Positions 27,508-42,369 of a DNA stretch of 64,000 bases are shown here, one piece after another. A program made the position numbers and the translations under genes. This DNA comes from Eledone cirrhosa (taxonomy: Eukaryota): positions 370,326,001 through 370,390,000 of the forward strand of contig OZ024742.1 in the NCBI GenBank assembly GCA_964016885.1, written 5' to 3'. The stretch's first letter is position 1. Each line of letters opens with the position of its first letter. A model generated the notes under the pieces. It did no database searches. It was not told the DNA's origin and worked only from the letters and a program-made list of their open reading frames with translations.

Positions 27508-27965
27508 AGTATCATCTTCGTTTTTACATCCGTTTTTCCAAGTTTGCATGAGTCAGACGGGTCCTTCTAAGTATGGCATCTATCCCCTCATTACATTCCT
27601 TCGTCATCTCTGCAAGTATCATTGATTTGAGGTCAGCTCTCACAACCTCTGCCCAGGTGTTTCTTGGTTTACCTCTATGGCTACTTCTTTCCACTGGCAT
27701 TTCCTGGCACTTCTTCACCCATTGGTCATTATCCATGTACATCACATGTCCAAACCAACTCAGTCCTCTCTCTTGCACACCACCTTGAATTGCTCTTAAA
27801 CCCAGCTTCTCCTTCAAATCCTCCAAGCTCAGCCTTTCCCTCACACATTGGATAAAACATGGTTGCTTCATTTCTCTCAAGTCCTTGCAATCACCTACCA
27901 TATTTCACTATCATACTGTCGTCCTTGTGTATATATAGAGAAACCTTTTGTGGTCAACAGTGGAA
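27508..27965 (-). mobile_element. Decayed 3' end of an RTE LINE related to 25434-26858
   Basis: LKEKLGLRAI..QERGLSWFGHVMYMDNDQWVKKC..RGKPRNTWAEVVRADL. Ends CATGCAAACTTGGAAAAACGGATGTAAAAACGAAGATGAT, like the tail of the + strand copy. Confidence 0.8.
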
Positions 27966-27984
27966 GTAACTCGACCTGTTTTTG

Positions 27985-28050
27985 CTTGGTTTCTACAGCG
28001 GGATGCCCTTCTTAATGCCAACCACATTTACAGTGAGGTCTAGGTGCCTT
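27985..28050 (-). mobile_element. RTE 3'UTR motif fragment forming the left boundary of the satellite
   Basis: GGTTTCTACAGCGGGATGCCCTTCTTAATGCCAACCACATTTACAGTG is the reverse complement of 26699-26747 (CACTGTAAATGTGGTTGGTGTTAGGAAGGGCATCCAGCTGTAGAAAACC) with few changes. Confidence 0.85.
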
Positions 28051-31000
28051 TTGCCATACCACCAAAAACGACCACTTTACAGTGTGGACTGAGTGCCTTT
28101 TATCATGGCACCAAGACGAACACTTTACACTGTGGCCTGAGTGCCTTTTGCCATGGCAACAAAACGACCACTTTACAGTGTGGTTGGGTATCGTTTGGCA
28201 TGGCACCAAAACGACCACTTTACAGTGTGGTCAGGGTGCTCTTTGTCATGGCACCAAAACGACCACTTTACAGTGTAGACTGGGTGCTCTTTGTCATGGC
28301 ACCAAAACAACCACTTTATAGTATGGACTGAGTGCCTTTTGTCATGGCACGAAAACGACGACTTTACAGTGTGGGCTGGGTGCCTTTTGTCATGGCACCA
28401 AAACGGCCACTTTATAGTGTGGATTGGGTGCTCTCTGACATGGCACAAAACGACCACTTTATAGTGTGTACTGGGTGCTCTCTGTCATGGCACAAAACGA
28501 CCACTTTACAGTGTGTACTGGGTGCTCTATGTCATGGCACCAAAACGACCAATGTATAGTGTGGTCTAGGTGCCTTTTGTCTTGGCACCAAAAACGATAA
28601 ATTTATAGTGTGGAGTGGGTGCCTTTTCAAATGGCATCAAAACGACCACTTTACAGTAGGGACTGGGTGCTTTTCATCGTAGGACCAAAACGATCACTTT
28701 ACAGTGTGGACTGAGTGCCTTTTGTCATGGCACCAAGACGACCAATTTACAGTGTGGACTGGGTGCCTTTAGTCATGGCACCAAAACGACCACTTTACAG
28801 TGTGGAATGAGTGCCTTTTGTCATGGCACCAGGACGACTACTTTATACTGTGGACTGGATACCTTCATCATGGCACCAAAACGACCATTTTAGTGTGGAC
28901 TGAGTGCCTTTTGTCATGGCACCAAACGAACACTTTCCAGTGTGGTCTGGGTGCCTTTCATCATGGCACCAAAACGACCACTTTACAGTGTGACAGGGTG
29001 CCTTTTATCATGGCCCCAAAACGACCACCCTACAGTGTGGGCTGAGTGCCTTTCATCATGGCACCAAAACGACCACTTTACAGTGTGACAGGGTGCCTTT
29101 TATCATGGCCCCAAAACGACCACCCTACAGTGTGGGCTGAGTGCCTTTCATCATGGCACCAAAACGACCACTTTATAGTGTGGTCTGGGTGCCTTTTGTC
29201 ATGGCACCAAAACGACCACTTTCCAGTTAGGACTGGGTGCCTTTTATCATGGCCCCAAAACGACCACCCTACAGTGTGGACAGGGTGCTTTTTGTCATGG
29301 CACTAAAATCGAACACTTTATAGTGTGGGCTGGGTGCCTTTCATCATGGCACCAAAACATTAACTTTACAGTGTGGGCTGGGTGCCTTTTGTCATTGCAC
29401 CAAAACGACCACTTTATAGTGTGGACTGAGTACCTTTAGTCATGGCACCAAAATGACCACTTTACAGTGTGGGCTGAGTGCCTTTTGTTATAGCACCAAA
29501 ACGACCAATTTCCAGTGTGGATTGAGTGCCTTTTGTCATTGCACCAAAGCGACCACTTTACAGTGTGTACTGGGTGCTCTATGTCATGGCATCAAACCGA
29601 CCACTTTCCAGTGTGAACTGAGTGCCTTTTGTCATTGCACCAAAACGACCACTTTACAGTGTGTACTGGGTGCTCTATGTCATGGCACCAAAACGACCAC
29701 TTTATAGTGTGGACTTGGTGCCTTTTGTCATGGCACCAAAACGAACACTTTACAGTGGGGACTGGGTGCCTTTTATCGTGGCACCAAAACGATCACTTTA
29801 GTGTGGTCTGGGTGCATTTTGTCATGGCAGTAAAACGATCACTTTACTCTGTGGACTGTGTGCCTTTGGTCATGGCACCAAAACGACCACTTTACAGTGT
29901 GGACTGGGTGCTCTATGTCATGGCACCAAAACGACCACTTTATAATGTGGACTGGGTGCCTTTTGTCTGCGCATCAAAAACGACAACTTTATAGTGTGGG
30001 CTGGGTGCCTTTTGTCAGCGCTCCAAAACGACCACTTTACAGTGTGGACTGGGTGCCTTTTGTCAGCGCACCAAAACGACCACTTTACAGTGTGGAATGG
30101 GTGCTCTATGTCATGGCACCAAAACGAACACTTTATAGTGTGGACTAGGTGCCTTTCATCATGGCACCAAAACAATCACTTTACAGTGTGGGTTGGGTGC
30201 CCTTTGTCATGGCATCAAAACGACCACTTTACAGTGTGGGTTGGGTGCCCTTTGTCATGGCACCAAAACGACCACTTTACAGTGGGGACTGGGTGCTTTT
30301 CATCGTGGCACCAAAACGATCACTTTAGTGTGGACTAGGTGCATTTTGTCATGGCAGCAAACGATCACTTTACTCTGTGGACTGTGTGCCTTTGGTCATG
30401 GCACCAAAACGACCACTTTACAGTGTGGGCTGTGTGCCTTTTGTCATGGCACCAAAACGACCATTTTATAGTGTGTGCTAAGTGCCTATTGCCATGGCAG
30501 CAAAACGACCAGTTTACAGTGTGGACTAGGTGCCTTTTGGTATGGCACCAAAACGACCACTTTACAGTGTGGACTGGGTGCTGTTTGTCCACGCTCCAAA
30601 ACGACCAATTTATAGTGTGTACTAGTTGTTTTTGCCATGGCAGCAAAACGTCCACTTTACAGTGTGGTCTGGGTGCTGTTTGTCATGGCAACAAAACGAC
30701 CACTTTATAGTGTGGACTGATTGCCTTTTGTCATGGTACCAAAACAACCACTTTACAGTGTGGATTGAGTACCTTTTGTCATGGCACCAAAAACGAACAC
30801 TTTATAGTGTGGACTGTGTGCTTTTCATCATGGCACCAAAAGGATCACTTTACAGTGTGGTCTGGGTGCCCTTCATCATGGCACCAAAACTACCATTTTA
30901 TTGTGGACTGAGTGCCTGTGTCATGGCACCAAAAACAACCACTTTATAGTGTGGGCTGGGTGCCTTTTGTCATGGCACCAAAACAACCACTTTACAGTGT

Positions 31001-34000
31001 GGTCTGGGTGCCTTTTATCATAACCCCAAAACGACCACCCTACAGTGTGGACAGGGTGCCTTTTGTCATGGCACCAAAACGACCACTTTACAGTGTGGAC
31101 TGAGTGCCTTTTATTATTGCCCCTAAACGACCACTTTCCACAGTGAACTCGGTGCCGCTTGCCATTGCACCAAATCGACAACATTATAGTGTGGATTGGG
31201 TGCTCTCTGTCATGGCACAAAACGACCAGTTTATAGTGTGTACTGGGTGCTCTCTGTCATGGCACCAAAACGACCACTTTCCAGTGTGTACTGAATGTCT
31301 TTTGTCATTACACCAAAACGACCACTTTACAGTGTGGACTGAGTGCCTTTTATTATTGCCCCTAAACGACCACTTTCCACAGTGAACTCGGTGCCGCTTG
31401 CCATTGCACCAAATCGACAACATTATAGTGTGGATTGGGTGCTCTCTGTCATGGCACAAAACGACCAGTTTATAGTGTGTACTGGGTGCTCTATGTCATG
31501 GCACCAAAACGACCAATGTATAGTGTGGATTGGGTGCCTTTTGTCTTGGCACCAAAAACGATAACTTTGAAATGGCATCAAAACGACCACTTTACAGTAG
31601 GCACTGGGTGCTTTTCATCGTGGGACCACAACGATCACTTTAGTGTGGACTGGGTGCCTTTTGTCATGGCACCAAAACGACCACTTTATAGTGTGGACTG
31701 AGTGCCTTTTGTCATGGCACCAAAACGACCACTTTATAGTGTGGTCTGAGTACCTTTTGTCATGGCACCAAACGACCACTTTATTCTGTGATCTATGTGT
31801 TTTTTGTTATGGCACCAAAACGACCATTTTATAGTGTGGACTGGGTGCTCTTTGTCATGGCACCAAAACGACCACTTTACAATGTTCACTGGGTGCCTTT
31901 TGTCAACGCTCCAAAACGACCAATTTATAGTGTGTACTAGGTATTTTTGCCATGGCAGCAAAATGACCACTTTACAGTGTGGTCTGGGTGCCTTTTGTCA
32001 TGGCATCAAAACGACCACTTTACAGTGTGGACTGGGTGCCTTTTATCATGGCACCAAAACGACCACTTTATAGTGTGAACAAAGTGCCTTTTGCCATGCT
32101 ACCAAAATGTCACTTTATAGTGTGGACTGAGTGCCGTTTGGCATTGCCCCAAAACGAACACTTTATAGTGTGGACTGATTGCCTTTTGTGATGGTACCAA
32201 AACAACCACTTTACAGTGTGGACTGAGTACCTTTTGTCATGGCACCAAAAACGAACACTTTATAGTGTGGACTGTGTGCTTTTCATCATGGCACCAAAAG
32301 GATCACTTTACTGTGTGGCCTGGGTGCCTTTCATCAAGGCACCAAAACTACCATTTTAGTGTGGACTGAGTGCCGGTGTCATGTCACCAAAAACGACCAG
32401 TTTATAGTGTGGACTGGGTACCTTTTGTCATGGCACCAAAACAAACACTTTACGGTGTGGTCTGGGTGCCTTTTATCATAACCCCAACACGACCACCCTA
32501 GAGTGTGGTCAGGGTGCCTTTTGTCATGGCACCAAAAACGATAACATTATAGTGTCGACTGGGTGCCTTTCATCATGCCACCAAAACGTTCACTTTACAG
32601 TGTGGACTGAGTGCCTTTTATCATTGACCCTAAACGACCACTTTCCACTGTGAACTCGGTGCCTTTTGTCATTGCACCAAAACGAACACTTTATAGTGTG
32701 GATTGTGTGCCGTTTGTCATGGCACCAAAACGACGACTTTATAGTGTGGACTGAGTGCCTTTTATCATTGCGCCTAAACGACCATTTTACAGTGTGGATT
32801 GGGTATCGTTTGGCATGGCACCAAAACGACCACTTTACAGTGTGGACTGAGTACTTTTTGCCATGGCAGCAAAACGATCAGTTTACAGTGTGGACTGTGT
32901 GTCTTTTGGTATGGCACCGAATCGAACACATTACAGTGTGGACTGGGTCATCTTTGTCATGACACCAAAATGATCACTTTACAATGTGAGATAGGTGCCT
33001 TTTGTCAGCGCTCCGAAACGACCAATTTATATTGTGTAATAGGTGCCTTTTGCCATGGCAGCAAAACGACCACTTTATAGTGTGGACTGAGTGCCTTTTG
33101 TCATGGCACCAAAACGACCACTTTGCAGTGTGGTCTGGGTGCCTTTCATTGCAACAAAACAACCTCTTTACAGTGAGGACTGGGGGCCTTTTGTCATTGC
33201 ACCAAAACGACTACTTTATAGTGTGGACTAAGCACCTTTTGTCATGGCACCAAAATGACCACTTTCCAGTGTGGACTGAGTGCTTTTATCATGGCACCAA
33301 CACGACCACTTTCCAGTGTGTACTGAATGCCTTTTGTCATTGCTCCAAATCGACCAATTTACAGTGTGTACTGGGTGCTCTATGTCATGGCACCAAAACG
33401 ACCACTTTATAGTGTGGACAGGGTGCCTTTCATTGTGGCACCAAAACGATCACTTTAGTGTGGACTGCGTGCCTTTTATCATGGCACCAAAACGACCACT
33501 TTATAGTGTGGACTGAGTACCTTTTGTTATGGCACCAAAACGACCACTTTATAGTGTGTGCTAAGTGCTTTTGCCATGGCAGCAAAACGACCAGTTTACA
33601 GTGTGGACTGGGTATCTTTTGGTATGGCACCAAAACGACCACTTTACAGTGTGTACTGGGTGCTCTTTGTCATGGCACCAAAACGATCACTTTACAATGT
33701 GGACTGGGTGCCTTTTGTCAGCGCTGCAAAACGACCACTTTATAGTGTGTACAAAGTGCCTTTTGCCATGGCAGCAAAATGACCCCTTTATAGTGTGGAC
33801 TGATTGCCTTTTGTCATGGTACCAAATCAACCACTTTACAGTGTGGACTGGGTGCTTTTCATCATGGCACCAAAACGATTACTTTACAGTGTGGTCTGGG
33901 TGCCATTCATCATGGCAACGAAACAAACCCTTTACAGTGTGGACTGGTACCTTTTGTCATGGCACCAAAACGTCCATTTTCCAGAGTGGACTGGGTGCTT

Positions 34001-37000
34001 TTATCATGGCCTCAAAACGACCACCCTACAGTGTGGACTGGGTGCCTTTTGTCATAGCACCAAAAACGAACACTTTAAAGTGTCGACTGTGGGCCTTTCA
34101 TCATGCCTCCAAAACGATCACTTTACAGTGTGGGCTGGGTGCCTTTAGTCATGGCACCAAAACGACCACTTTACAGTGTGGACTGAGTGCCTTTTATCAT
34201 TGCCCCTAAACGACCACTTTCCAGTGTGTACTGAGTACCTTTTGTCATAGCACCAAAACAAATACTTTCCAGTGTGGACTCGGTACCTTTTGTCATGGCA
34301 CCAAAAACGAACACATTATAGTGTGGACTGGGTGCATTTCCTCATGGCATCAAAACGATCACTTTACAGTGTGGTCTGAGTGCCTTTTATCATTCCCCCT
34401 AAACGACCACTTTCCACTATAAACTCGGTGCCTTTTGTCATTGCACCAAAACGACAACTTTATTGTGTGTACTGGGTGCTCTATGTCATGGCACCAAAAC
34501 AACCTCTTTATAGTGTGGACTGGATGCCTTTCATCATGTCACCAAACCACCACTTTACAGTGTGGACTGGGTGTCTTCATCATGGCACCAAAACGAACAG
34601 TTTAGTGTGGACTGAGTGCCTTTTGTCATGGCACCAAAACGACCACTTTAGACTGTGTACTGAGTGCCTTTTGTCATTACACCAAAACGACCACTTTACA
34701 GTTTGTACTGGGTGCTCTATGTCATGGCACCAAAACGACCACTTTAGAGTGTGGGTTGCGTGCCTTTTGTCTTGGAACCCAAAACGATAACTTTATAGTG
34801 TGGAGTGGGTGTCTTTTGTCATGGCATCAAAACGATCACTTTCCAGTGTGGACTGGGTGCCTTTTGTCATGGCACCAAAACGACCTCTTTATAGTGTGGA
34901 CTGAGTACCTTTTGTCATGGCACCAAGACAACCACTTTACTCTGTGGATTGTGCGCCTTTTGTTATGACACCAAAACGACCACTTTATAGTATGTGCTAA
35001 GTGACTTTTGCCATCGCAGCAAAACGACCAGTTTACAGTGTGGACTGATTGCCTTTTGTCATGGTACCAAAACGACCACTTTATAGTGTGGACTGAGTAC
35101 CTTTTATCATGGCACCAAAACGACCACTTTATAGTGTGTGCTAAGTGCCTTTTGCCATGGCAGCAAAACGACCAGTTTACAGTGTGGACTGGGTATCTTT
35201 TGGTATGGCACCAAAACGATCACTTTACAGTGTGGTCTGGGTGCTCTTTGTCATGGCACCAAAACGACCAGTTTACAGTGTGGACTGGGTGCCTTTTATC
35301 ATGGCACCAAAACGACCACTTTATAGTATGTCCAAAGTGCCTTTTGCCATGGCAGCAAAATGACCACTTTACAGTGTGGACTGAGTCCCGTTTGGCATTG
35401 CACCAAAACGACCACTTTATAGTGTGGACTGATTGCCTTTTGTCATGGTACCAAAACAACCACTTTACAGTGTGGACTGAGTACCTTTTGTGATGGCGCC
35501 AAAAACGAACACTTTATAGTGTGGTCTGGGTGCCTTTTATCATGGCCCCAAATCGACGACTCTACAGTGTGGACAGGGTGCCTTTTGTCATGGCACCTAA
35601 AACGAACACTTTATAGTGTCGACTGGGTGCCTTTCTTAATGCCACCAAAATGATCCCTTTACACTGTTGACTGGATGTCTTTAGTCCTGGCACCAAAACG
35701 ACCAGAGTACAGTGTGGCCTGGGTGCCTTTTGTCATGGCACCAAAACGACTACTTTATAGTGTGGACTGGGTACCTTTCATCATGGCACCAATACGAGCA
35801 TTTTAGTGTGGACTGAGTGCCTTTTGTCATGGCACCAAAAACGACCACTTTATAGTGTTGACTGAGTGCCTTTTATCATGGCCACAAAACGACCACTTTC
35901 CGGTGTAAACTCGGTACCTTTTGTCATTACGCCAAAACGACCACTTTACAGTGTGTACTGAGTACCTTTTGTCATGGCACAAAAACGACACTTTAAAGTG
36001 TGGGCTGGGTGCCTTTTGTGATTGCACCAAAACGGCCACTTTCCAGTGTGGGCTGAGTGCATTTTGTCATTGCACCAAAACGACAACTTTATAGTGTGGA
36101 CTAGGTGCCTTTTGTCTTGGCACCAAAAACGACAACTTTATAGTGTGGTCTGGGTGCCTTTTGTCATGGAAACAAAACGATCATTTCAGTGTGGGCTGAG
36201 TACCTTTTGTCATGACACCAAAACGACCACTTTACAGTGTGGACAGGGTGCCTTTTGTCATGACACCAAAAACGACCACTTTATAGTGTGGACTAGGTGC
36301 CTTTTGTCATGGTAACAAAAACGAACACTTTATAATGTGGTCTGGGTGTCTTTCATCATGGCACCAAATCGACCACTTTATAATGTGGACTGACTACCTT
36401 TTGTCATGGCACCAAAACGAACACTTTACATTGTTGACTGTGTGCCTTTTGTCATTGCACCAAAACGACCACTTTACAGTGTGTACTGAGTACCTTTTTT
36501 AATGGCACCAAAACAACCACTTTACAGTGTGGGCTGAGTGCCTTTTTACATGGCCCCTAAACGAACACTTTCCAGTGTGAACTCGGTGCCTTTTGTCATG
36601 GCACCAAAACGACCACCTTACAGTGTGGACTGCGTCCCTTCATCATGACACCAAAATGACCACTTTACATTGTGGACTGAGTTCCTTTTCTCATGGCACC
36701 AAAACGACCACTTTACAGTGTGGTCTGGGTGCCTTTTGTCATTGCACCAAAACGACGACTTTACAGTGTGTACTGGGTGCTTTTGTCATGGCACCAAAAC
36801 GACCACTTTACAGTGTGTACTGAGTGCCTTTTGTTAATGCACCAAAACGACCACTTTGCAGTGTGGGCTGGGTGCATTTTGTGATTGCACCAAAACGGCC
36901 ACTTTCCAGTGTGGGCTGAGTGCATTTTGTCTTGGCACCAAAACGACCACTTTACAGTGTGGGCTGGGTGCCTTTTGTGATTGCACCAATACGGCCACTT

Positions 37001-40000
37001 TCCAGTGTGGGCTGAGTGCATTTCGTCATTGCAAAAACGACAACTTTATAGTGTGATCTGGGTGCCTTTTGTCATGGAAACAAAACGATCGTTTCAGTGT
37101 GGGCTGAGTACCTTTTGTCATGGCACCAAAAACGACCACTTTATAGTGTGGACTGGGTGCCTTTAGTCATGGTAACAAAAACGAACACTTTATAATGTGG
37201 TCTCGGTGTCTTTCATCATGGCACCAAAACGACCACTTTACGGTGTGGACTGGGTGCCTTTTATCATGTCTCCTAAACGACCACTTTCCGGTATGAACTC
37301 GGTGCCTTTTGTCATTGCACCAAAACGACCATTTTAAAATGTGGACTGAGTACCTTTTGTCATGGCACCAAAACGAACACTTTACATTGTTGACTGTGTG
37401 CCTTTTGTCATTGCACCAAAACGACCACTTTACAGTGTGTACTGGGTGTCTTTTGTCATGGCACCAAAACGACCACTTTACAGTGTGTACTGAGTGCCTT
37501 TTGTTAATGCACCAAAACGACCACTTTGCAGTGTGGTCTGGGTGCCTTTTGTCATGGCTCCAAAACGAACACTCTACAGTGTGGATTAGTGTCTTTTATC
37601 ATAGCCCCTAAACGACCACTTTCCGGTGTAAACTCGGTACCTTTTGTCATTGCGCCAAAACGACCACTTTACAGTGTGTACTGAGTACCTTTCATCATGG
37701 CACCAAAACGACCACTTTACAATGTGGACTGAGTGCCTTTTGGCATGGCACCAAAACGACCACTTTATAGTGTGGACTGTGTGCCTTTGTTATGGCACCA
37801 AAACGACCACTTTACAGCATGGACTGGGTGCCTTTTGTCATGGCACCAAAACGACCACTTTACAGTGTGGTCTGGGTGCCTTTTGTCATGGCACCAAAAC
37901 GACCACTTTACAGTGTGGACTGGGTTCCTCCATCATGGCACCAAAACGACCACTTTATAGTGTGTACTAAGTGCCTTTTGCCATGGCACCAAATCGACGA
38001 CTTTACAGTGTGGATTGGGTGCCTTTGTCATGGCACCAAAACGCCACTTTATAGTGTGGACTGGGTGATTTTGTCATGGCACCAAAACGACCATTTTACA
38101 GTATGGACTGAGTGCCTTTTGTCATGGCACCAAATCGACCACTTTACAGTATGGACTGGGTGCCTTTTGTCATGGCACCAAAACGACCACTTTCCAGTGT
38201 GGGCTGGGTGCCTTTTGTGATTGCACCAAAACGGCCACTTTCCAGTGTGTACTGAGTGCCTTTTGTCATTCCACCAAAACGACCACTTTATAGTGAGGAC
38301 TAGGTGCCTTTTGTCTTGGCATTAAAAACGACAACTTTATAGTGTGGACTGGGTGCCTTTTAACATGGTAACAAAAACGAACACTTTATAATGTGGTCTG
38401 TGTGTCTTTCATCCTGGCACCAAAACGACCACTTTGCAGTGTAGACTGGGTGCCTTTTGTCATGGCACCAAAACGACCAATTTACAGGGTGGACTAGGTA
38501 CCTTTTGTCTTGGCACCCAAAACGACGACTTTATAGTGTAGACTGCGTGCCTTTTGTCATGGCACCAAAACGAACACTTTACATTGTGGACTGGGTCCCT
38601 TTTGTCATGGCACAAAAACGACCACTCTAGAGCGTGGGCTGAGTGCCTTTTGTCATTGCACCAAAACGACCACTTTACAGTGTGAACTCGGTGCCTTTTG
38701 TCATGGCACCAAAATGACCACTTTACAGTGTGGACTGAGTGCCTTTTGTCATTGCACCAAAACGACCACTTTACAGTGTGTACTGAGTACCTTTTGTCAT
38801 GGCACCAAAACAACCACTTTACAGTGTGGTGTGTGTGCCTTTTGTCATGGCACCAACACGACCAATTTCCAGTGTGGAATGGGTGCCTTTTATCATGGTC
38901 GCAAAACGACCACCCTACAGTGTGGACTGGGTGCAGTTTGTCATGGCACCCAAACGATCAATTTAGAGTGTGGACGGTGTGCCTTTCATCATAGCACCAA
39001 AGGGACCACTTTACCGTGTGGGCTGAGTGCCTTTTATCATGGCCCCTACACGACAACTTTCCAGTGTGAACTCGGTGCCTTTTGTCATTGCACCAAAACG
39101 ACCACTTGATAGTGTGGACTGAGTACCTTTTCTCATGGCACCAAAATGATCACTTTACAGTGTGGCCTGAGTGCCTTTTGTCATGTCACCAAAACGACCA
39201 CTTTCCAGTGTAGACAGGGTGCCTTTTGTCATGGCATCAAACGATCACTTTCCAGTGTGTACTGAGTGCCTTTTGTCATTATACCAAAACTACCACTTTA
39301 CAGTGTGGACTGGGTGCCTTTCATCATGGCACCTAACCGATCACTTTACAGTGTGGACTGGGTGCTCTTCGTCATGGCACCAAAACGGCCAGAGTACAGT
39401 GTGGACTGGGTGCGTTTTGTCATTGCACCAAAACAACAACTTTACAGTGTGGACTGGGTGCCTTTCATCATGGCACCAAATCGAACACTTTACAGTCTGG
39501 ATTGGGTGCTTTTCGTCATGGCACCAAAACGGCCAGAGTACAGTGTGGCCTGGGTGCCTTTTGTCATGGCACCAAAACGACTACTGTATAGTGTGGACTG
39601 GATGCCTTCATCATGGCACCAAAACGAGCATTTTAGTGTGGCCTGGGTGCCTTTTGTCATGGCACCAAAACGACTACTTTATAGTGTGGACTGGATGCCT
39701 TCATCATGGCACCAAAACGAGCATTTTAGTGTGGACTGAGTGCCTTTTGTCATGGCACCAATGACGACCACTTTATAGTGTGGACTGAGTGCCTTTTATC
39801 ATGGCCATAAAACGACCACTTTCAGTGTGGACTGGGAGCCTTTTGTCATGGCACCAAAACGATAACTTTCCGGTGTAAACTCGGTGCCTTTTGTCATTGC
39901 ACCAAAACGACCATTTTATAATGTGGAAAGAGTACCTTTTGTCATGGCACCAATATGACCACTTTACAGTGTGGACTTGGTGCTTTTTGTCATTGCACCA

Positions 40001-42369
40001 AAACGACCACTCTACAGTGTGGGCTGAGTGCCTTTTGTCATTGCACCAAAACGACCACTCTACAGTGTGGGCTGAGTGCCTTTTGTCATTGCACCAAAAC
40101 GAGCACTTTACAGTGTGGGCTGGGTGCCTTTAATCATTGCAACAAAACAACCACTTTACAGTGTGGACTGGGTGGCTTTTATCATGGCTTCAAAACTACC
40201 ACTTTACAGTGTGTACTGGGTGCTCTATGTCATGGCACCTAAACGACCCCTTTATAATGTTGACAGGGTGCCATTTGTCTTGGCACCAAAAACGACAACT
40301 TTATAGTGGGGACTGGGTGCCTTTTGTCATGGCACCAAAACGATGACTTTAAAGTCTGAACAGGGTGCCTTTCATCATGGCACCAAAACAACCACTTGAC
40401 AGTGTGGACTGGGTGTCTGTTGTCATGACATCAAAACGACCACTTTACAGTGTGGACTGGGTGCCTTTCATCGTGGGACCAAAACGATCCCTTTAGTGTG
40501 TACTGGGTGCCTTTTGTCATGGAACAAAAACGACCACTTTATAGTGTGGACTAAGTACCTTTTGTCATGGCAGCAAACCGAGCAGTTTACAGTATGGACT
40601 GGGTGTCTTTTGGTATGGCACCAAAACGATCAATTTACAGTGTGGATTGAGTGCCTTTTGTCATGGCACCAAAACGACCACTTTCCAGTGTGGGCTGCGT
40701 GCCTTTTGTCATGGCACCAAATCGACCACTTTACAGTGTGGTCTGGGTGCCTTTTGTCATGGCGCAAATCGACCACTTTACAGTGTGGACTGGGTGCCTT
40801 TTGTCATGGCACCAGAACGACTACTTTACAGTGTGGACTGGGTGCCTTTTGTCATGGCACCAAAACGACCACTTTACAGTGTGGACTAGGTGCCTTTTGT
40901 CATGGCACCAAAACGACCACTTTACCGTATGGACTTGGTGCCTTTTGTCATGGCACCAAAACGACCACTTTACAGCATGGACTGGATGCCTTTTGTCATG
41001 GCACCAAATCGATCACTTTACAGTGTGGACTGAGTGCCTTTTGTCATGGCACCAAATCGACCACTTTATAGTGTGGACTGTGTGACTTTGTCATGGCACC
41101 AAAACGACCACTTTACAGTATGGACTGGGTGCCTTTTGTCATGGCACCAAAACGACCACTTTACAGTATAGACTGGGTGCCTTTTGTCATGGCACCAAAT
41201 CGACCACTTTACAGTATGGACTGGGTGTCTTTTGTCATGGCATCAAATCGACCACTTTACAGTATGGACTGGGTGCCTTTTGTCATGGCACCAAAACGAA
41301 CACTTTACAGCATGGACTGGGTGCCTTTTGTCATGGCACCAAAACGACCACTTTACAGTGTGGACTGGGTGCCTTTGTCATGGCACCAAAACTCCACTTT
41401 GTAGTGTGGACTGGGTGATTTTGTCATGGCACCAACACGACCACTTTACAGTGTGGTCTGTGTGCCTTTTGTCATGTCACCAAAACGACCACTTTACAGT
41501 GTGGGCTGGGTGCCTTTTGTCATGGCACTTAAACGACCACTTTACAGCGTGGACTGGGTGCCTTTTGTCATGGCACCAAATCGACCACTTTACAGTGTGG
41601 ACTGAGTGCCTTTTGTCATGGCACCAAATCGACCACTTTACAGTGTGGACTGGGTGCCTTTTGTCATGGCACCAAAACGACCACTTTACAGTGTGGTCTG
41701 GGTGCCTTTTGCATGGCACCAACACGACCACTTTACAGTGTGGTCTGTGTGCCTTTTGTCATGTCACCAAAACGACCACTTTACAGTGTGGACTGGGTGC
41801 CTTTTGTCATGGCACTAAAACGACCACTTTACAGCGTGGACAGCGTGCCTTTTGTCATGGCACCAAATCGACCACTTTACAGTGTGGACTGAGTGCCTTT
41901 TGTCATGGCACCAACACGAACACTTTACAGTGTGGACTGGGTGCCTTTTGTCATGGCACTAAAACGACCACTTTACAGCGTGGACTGGGTGCCTTTTGTC
42001 ATGGCACCAAATCGACCACTTTACAGTATGGAATGTTTGCCTTTTCTCATGGCACCAAAACGACCACTTTACAGTGTGGACTGGGTGCCTTTTGTCATGG
42101 CACCAAAACGAACATTTTACAGTGTGGACTGAGTGCCTTTTGTCATGGCACCAAATCGACCACTTTACAGTGTGGACTAGGTGCCTTTTGTCATGGCACC
42201 AAAACGACCACTTTACAGTGTGGACTGAGTGCCTTTTGTCATGGCACCAAATCGACCACTTTACAGTGTGGACTAGGTGCCTTTTGTCATGGCACCAAAA
42301 CGACCATTTTACAGTATGGACTGAGTGCCTTTTGTCATGGCACCAAATCGACCACTTTACAGTATGGAC

